From Lama guanicoe (Eukaryota), in contig MU053574.1 in assembly GCA_013239625.1 (NCBI GenBank), forward strand, positions 248,001 through 285,879: DNA of 37,879 bases, read 5' to 3'. Shown in pieces: positions 32,280 through 37,879 of this stretch. Made by a program: the position numbers and the translations under genes. The notes under the pieces were generated by a model. The model did not search any database. It was not told the origin of the DNA and saw only the letters and a list, made by a program, of their open reading frames with translations. Positions within the stretch are counted from its first letter, which is position 1. Each line of letters begins with the position of its first letter.

Positions 32280-35240
32280 TTACTGTTACACAGTTTTCTC
32301 AACTCTTCTTTAGCTGCATCTCACAGAATTTTAATACATTGTGTTTTATTATTCAGTTGAAAGTATTTTCTAATCTCCTTTGCGGTTCTTTTCTGACCCG
32401 TGTATTATTTAGAAATGTATTGCTTGGTTTCCAAATATTTGGGAATTTTCCAGATTGTTGTCGTTGTTGAATTCCCTTGGGGTCAGAGAACACACCCTGT
32501 GTGATTTCAGCCTTTTGAAATTGATTGATCCCTTTTTATGGCCCAGCATTTGCTCTGTGTTGGCGAACTCTGCGTACGCTTGGAAACAGTACATACTCTG
32601 GTATTGCTGGATATCGTGCTCTAAGAACGCCAGTCAGGATGAAATGCTTGATGGTGGTGTTCACTGCTTCTTTGTCCTTAACGCTTTCTCTCCACTTATT
32701 ATTTCAGTATCTGAGAGAGGTGCGTTAAACTCTCCAACTCTGACTGAGTTTGTCTACTTCTCTGCCAGTCTTTGCTCCATGTAATTTGAGGCTGTGATAC
32801 TATGTGCGTGTGCACTAAGCACTGTCGTCGCTTCTTGATGAAATCATCCTGTTCTCTTGAGGCCACGCTCCTCCGCCTCTCCAGGAATACTCAGTTTCTT
32901 GACGTCTGCTTGTCTGATAAGTGTCCTCTGTTCTTTTTCTTTTAAACTGTCTGCCTTATTTTCTAAACATGTGACTTAGAGTGACACATAATTGGGTCCT
33001 GCTTTAAAAAGATTCAGTCTGACGTTTTCTGCCTTCTAGTTGAAGTGCTTAGTCCATTTCCATTTAAAGAAATTTTATATATAGTTGGTTTCAAGTCTGC
33101 CGTCCTGGTTTTCTGCCTTCTGTTTGTGTAACCTTTTCTTTGTTCTCCTGCCGACTTTTGGATGGATCAAATACTTTTTAGCAGTCCATTTTATTTCCTC
33201 TGCTGCCTGTTTAGCTGTGTCTCTTCGCTTGTTTGTCTGAGGTTGCTCTAGGGGTTAGATGTCGCCCCTCGCTGACCATGCTCTGCCGTGAGCTGGCGTG
33301 CCGCCTCCTCTGTGTGACACACGGGCCTTCCGGCCTGGGCTTCCCCTTCCCTCCTCGCTCTGGCCCTTTGTGCTGCTGTTGTCACACCTCTGCTTCTACA
33401 TCTGTTGTAAACCCTACAACACATTGTAATTATTTTCGCTTTAAACAGTCTTTTTTTTTTTTGAAGTCAAGCAGTGGGAGAAAAGGGCTTCTATACAGAC
33501 ACAGTGTCAACACTTCTCACTCCTTTGTTTAGATCCAGGTTTCCATCTGATACCATCTTCTTTCAGCCTAAAGAATTTCCCTTAACGTTGCTTGTAGTGC
33601 AAGTCTGCTGGTGAAATGCAGCTTTCATCTGTCTGAAAATGTCTTTGTTTCACCTTCATTCTTGAAGGATGTTTTTGCTGCATATAGAAATCTATGTTGA
33701 CAGGCTTTTTTTCCCCTCTCAGCACTTTAAAGATGTCATCCCATTGTATTATGACTTGCATTGCCTCTGATGAGAACTCAGATTGTTTTTCTCTTTGTTC
33801 CCTTGTATATAAAGCATCTTACCCCCGCCCCTAGCTGCTTGTAACGTTTTCTCTCTCTCTTTAGTTTTCAGAAATTTAACTGTGATGCACCGAGGTGTGG
33901 TTTTCTTTGTGTTTTGCTTGCGTATCAGAGAGTCTTGGGTCAGTGGGTTGATGTTTTAAATCAGATTTTGAAATTCTCCTCCCATTATTTTCTCAGTATT
34001 CTCTCTCTCTCCCTCCCTTTCTCTCCCCTTTCTGGAATTCCAGTTACATGTATGTTAAACTGTTTGCTGCTGTCTTCCAGGTCCCTGCGGCTTTCTTCTT
34101 CTTCCAGTCCCTCCCCACCTTCTCTTGGCTTCAGTCTGGGTACTTTTTATTGCCTGTTTTCATCTCTTCAGATTTGCTGATTGCAGCCCATCCAGTGATG
34201 TTTTCCATTTGAGATACTGTATTTTCCAGTTCTGGAAATTTCATCTGGTTCTTTTTCTTTTTTTTATAGTTATCACTTCTCTGCTGAGATTCCCATCTTT
34301 TCATTCATTTCAATTATCTTTTCTTTTAAAGTTTGAACATTCATAACAGCCACTTTGTAGTTCTATGTGCAGCTTCTGACATCTGTGTGACCTCTTGATC
34401 TGATTCTGTGGCCTGCTTTCTCTCCTTGCAGGGGATCACAGTTTCCTGGTGTGTTTTATTTTGTTTTGTTTTGTATTTTGCATGTCAATTAGTTTTTTTT
34501 ATTATGTGCTAGACATCGTGGTTCTCACATTCTTGAGAGTCTGGATCGTGTGATCCTGCTTTGAGAATATTGCATTAAAAAGAATGGAGTTCTCACAGGC
34601 AGTTAATTTGCTGGAGGATCAACATAATCCTATTGAGGCTTATTTTTAGTCTGTGTTGAGGTGGGATTAGTGCTTTGTCTAAGGCTTGTGTATCCCTGCA
34701 CCTACAGTGCGGCCTTTCTCAGGTCTCAGCTGAACGTCTGGGGTTCAGCAAGGTCTCTGACTCTGGCTGTCAGAGTGCCAGCACCTCCCTGCACAATGTG
34801 GGTCTCTACTCGGTTCACAGCTTCCCAGGAGCTTTTCTCTGCCAGGCCGTGCGGGGTCTCCCCCTACATGTGTCCAGCGCTGCACTGACCGGAGACGCTA
34901 GTGTGCCCTCGTGCAGATTCCCGAAACTCCTCCTCTGCACCCTGCCTTCCATCCGTTATCCTGTCCCACAAAGTCCAGCTGTCTCAGGGCCCCAAACTCC
35001 AGGCCTTGTTTTCTGCTGCTCTGGTTGGGTTCCCCTCTGCCCGTGCTGTGCTTTGCGAAGTGCCCATAGGCAGAAACCCAGGGTGAGTGCGATTCCCTTC
35101 TCTGAAGGATCACAGCCCTGTGCCATCTGCTATCAAGTGCCTGAAAAAGGGCTGCTTCATAGATTGTGTTTAGTTTTACGGCTTCTCGTGACAGATGGTA
35201 AACAGGATACCTGTTCCTCCTTCCTGGCCAGAACTAGAGG
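32280..35240 (-). mobile_element. Old L1M element (endonuclease start, inter-ORF region, ORF1 and 5' region), antisense to AK8
   Basis: Minus-strand remnant EFANTEQMLGHKKGSINFKRLKSHRVCSLT (ORF 32409-32594) resembles the L1 ORF2 endonuclease TFSKIDHMLGHK..LNKFKK. Motifs ctctcagcactttaaagatgtcatcccattg and tctggaattccagttacatgtatgtta are also present. Confidence 0.82.
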
Positions 35241-35244
35241 CTAA

Positions 35245-35460
35245 GCATACGTCTGATGTCACACAGACCTGGCTTTGCATCCAGCTCTGCTGCTCGCTGG
35301 CTCTGGGACCTAGAACAGCTTGGGTGCTTGGTCCCTCTTTGGCTCTCAGTTTCCTCGTCTAGAAGCAGCAGGTCGTTGTGAAGACCGAGTAACACAGCGT
35401 GCTTAGCACAGTGCTCGGCGTGTAGAAAGGGCCCGGCTTCCGTCAGCCTTTGTTCTTACT
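35245..35460 (+). mobile_element. MIR SINE
   Basis: cagacctggctttgcatccagctctgctgctcgctggctctgggacc...ctcagtttcctcgtct...gttgtgaagaccgag...gtgcttagcacagtgctcggcgtgtag. Confidence 0.75.
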
Positions 35461-36360
35461 TACGTCTCCCTTGGCGGGTGCGGCCGCCAGGCGCTTTGGA
35501 TGTGGCCACTGCCACCACACAGGGAATGAAACAGATCACTGTGGAGGAATGCATCTCTGGCAGTGGTCGCTGTCTTCAACATTCACTTCATCCAGCTAAT
35601 TTTAGGATCGCCTCTGGTTTCTTTAATACAGGAACTAAAGGCCTTAGCTTTAAAGTTAAGAAAGGCAAGGCTGTGCAATGAATAACTCCGGAAAACGTGG
35701 CTGGACCCTTCCAGCTTTGGCTATTAAAGGTTTTCATAGCCAAGGAAAGGGCAGCTGGGTTTATTCATTGCACACCTGTTTGCTGACGCCCCCATGTGTT
35801 GGCCCCGGCTGGGGTCTAGGGACATAGTGGTTCTCGTGATAGGAAGACGCCTGTGGTCCTTTTGTTATAGGAGCTGGTCCTGTCTGTGGTCCCATCCTCC
35901 CCTGGGAAACACCATGGGTTCCCACCCCCACCCCGTGCGTAATAATAGTGTGAACACCAGCACACCCGTGGCATGTCATGTGGGTCCACGTGGTTCTCCA
36001 CCCCGACATACATGCTCCACGCCCACCAGGGCTGCGCTCAGCAGGCCTAGGTGTGGCCGAGGCCCTACGGGGCCTTCTCTGGGGGTGACATCCTGTCACC
36101 GTCCATCTTTAATATATTCTTTGCCAAACGCAGTCTTTTTCATTCCACATCTTCCTCCTCGGATTCTTTTTTCTTTCCAATTTCTCTTTGATACTTACTT
36201 TCACTTGGACACACACCCACACTCAGAGAAAAACCCTTTTATATTTTTTTTGGTGGCCTTTTTCCCCCCCAACAGGCAGCACTGCGGGGTTCTTTTTTTT
36301 TTCTCATTCTTCCTTCTGTTTAAAATTTAACGGGTGTCTTTCTGTTCCTCTCTCCTCCAG

Positions 36361-36450
36361 TCTGCTGTGGACAACTGCTCAAAGAGGCCGTGGCAGACAA
36401 GTCGAAATACTGCGAGATGATCCTGCCCTTTTTCGAAAAGGAGACAGCAG
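36361..36450 (+). CDS. AK8: AK8 coding exon (~exon 10), (V)[29 protein letters not shown]
   Basis: Long polypyrimidine tract ending ctcctccAG at 36360, donor CAG|GTAGGC, 90 nt, phase 1-1. NMP-binding region (x-G-x-L-L-K/R-E) of domain 2. Confidence 0.95.
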
Positions 36451-37879
36451 GTAGGCAGGCTTCTCAGACCCGCCACCGCCTTCCCGGCTCTGGAGGGAAA
36501 CTGCTCCGTGTGAGGCTTGCTAGGCACCTGGGGGCTCAGACTGGGGAAACAACTGGGAAATGGATGGGGCCTTTCCCCAGGTCGAGGCTCTGTTTTTGCT
36601 CCCTGGTTGGTCCTCTTGGCGTCCGAGGGTGTCCCGAGTGAGGGCAGTCCACAGATGCGACGTGTTTCACCAGTGGTGTGGGATGTTTCCATGACTCGAG
36701 AAGGCTTGCTTTCCGTAACTGTAAAATCAAGAGCCAGAGAGGCCCCAGGGCTGCCCCCATCTTTCGTCGTTTGGTGTACAAACAGACTGTAGGCAAATGT
36801 TCCGATTTAATCAGCAGTCAGAAGCCGGGAGGTTTAGACAGCTTTGCAGAGATGAGGACGGACCAGCTGTTGGTCCTCAGGGGAGGTCATCTTCCCAGAG
36901 CCCCTCTGTGACCTCTGCTCTGAAAGCATTCCCTGGACCCCACCCCTGGGGGCACCTTTGAGATCATTCTGTTTGGTTTCCTGAGTCCTCAAATAAGCCA
37001 CGGAGAGGAGACCGAGCTTCCGAGGCCACGGAGCCAGTTCACCCCAGGCTGGGCTCCTGCCTGGGGCGGGCGCCTCCGCACACTCACCCACGTCTCCCAC
37101 TCAGGCGAAGTGCTGTGGCTCCTCCGGGCAGTCAGCACAAGCCCGTTATCAAGTCTGATATGAACAGGTACTTGCTGTGAAGAGAGCCGACCAGAAAGAA
37201 GCTGCCATTGCAAAGGATAATGCGGTGACGGGGGCACATCTGGGCGGAGGTGTGTGGCCTCCTCCTGCCGTTTTCTGGATGGAGTGAGTTGATGAGGAAG
37301 CACGGAACAGGCTGCTTGCTCCCACTGGCTCAGAGAGCCCCCCGGGGAGGGCGTCCTGGCCTGGCTCCCCAAGGCCCTCCTTAAGATGTTCTAGTCTCCG
37401 GGGTGAAGTTCACGTGAGGTGGAGGTGGGTCCGTCAGACACTGTGGCCTGTGTAGTGAGACCCAGTGATCCCAGCGAGCGTCTGCTCCCTCCTGAGTCAC
37501 AGGGGCAGGAAGAGGACGGGGCAGGAGCAGGAGCCCTGGGCGAGGAGCTTTGCTGCCCCCCTTCCTGGTTCAGATGCCAGTGCTGCCCCCACCGGCCACG
37601 TGGCCCAGGCTTCTCGGAGGTGAGATGCGGGCAGGAAGCCCAGGTTGCAAGGTCCAGGATGCGTGTGCCTGGCACGCGGGAGCCACACTGTTACGGAGAG
37701 TGAGAGCGCGAGCCGCAGGGACCAGGCCTGACGCCAACGCAAGCACAGTCGCCCCCCAGCAATGCCCGCTCCCCCTTTACCGGGTGGGGTGCTGGTGCTC
37801 ACCAGCACCGTAGAGCACATTTCTGGACTAAATGAGTGAATACAATCACGAGTTAAAGGATTTATGTCACTTTAAATGT

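Larger units (their letters stand above)
1..37879 (+). other. AK8: Internal portion of the AK8 transcription unit (intron 4 to intron 10 by human numbering); neither start nor stop codon is in the window
   Basis: Six exons splice in frame into a continuous adenylate-kinase-8-like peptide. Exon sizes 69/82/72/201/132/90 nt match the recalled human AK8 exon 5-10 sizes. Confidence 0.93.

Noticed and set aside
5170..33900. Similarity between about 5.2-5.7 kb and 33.4-33.9 kb suggesting a segmental duplication
   Set aside because: Both are independent, diverged copies of the same region of old antisense L1M elements.
1..37879. CRISPR arrays, operons, defence systems, intact retroviral or L1 ORFs, nested snoRNA/miRNA genes, processed pseudogenes
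   Set aside because: This is vertebrate intron/exon DNA with no regularly spaced repeat-spacer array and no intact retroelement ORF. No small-RNA gene or retrocopy was recognisable by eye; an Infernal/Rfam and BLASTX search would be needed to exclude them fully.

Overview
Mammalian genomic DNA. A camelid origin is likely, based on a vic-1-type tRNA-derived SINE, cetartiodactyl-type L1 3' ends, and no Alu, Bov-tA/BovB or PRE-1 that I could recognise. The whole window lies inside one + strand gene, adenylate kinase 8 (AK8). Six internal coding exons with canonical AG/GT borders splice into one open frame: 4330-4398, 24477-24558, 25097-25168, 25668-25868, 29539-29670 and 36361-36450. These correspond to exons 5-10 by recalled human numbering and cover the C-terminal part of AK domain 1 and the P-loop start of domain 2. 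The rest is intron: old and young L1 fragments, MIR, L2, MER5/MER20 DNA transposons, an MLT1 LTR, one SINE, microsatellites, and several repeat-free, homeodomain-motif-rich islands that look like conserved enhancers. These may serve the neighbouring developmental gene BARHL1, an inference from human synteny. Apart from frames overlapping AK8 exons or L1 remnants, the supplied ORFs look like noise from GC-rich intron. I found no convincing new biological system. The best leads are the candidate enhancer islands, a possible L1-enabled intronic polyadenylation giving a single-domain AK8, and a run of in-frame-skippable exons. Repeat family names come from remembered consensus sequences and their boundaries are approximate.
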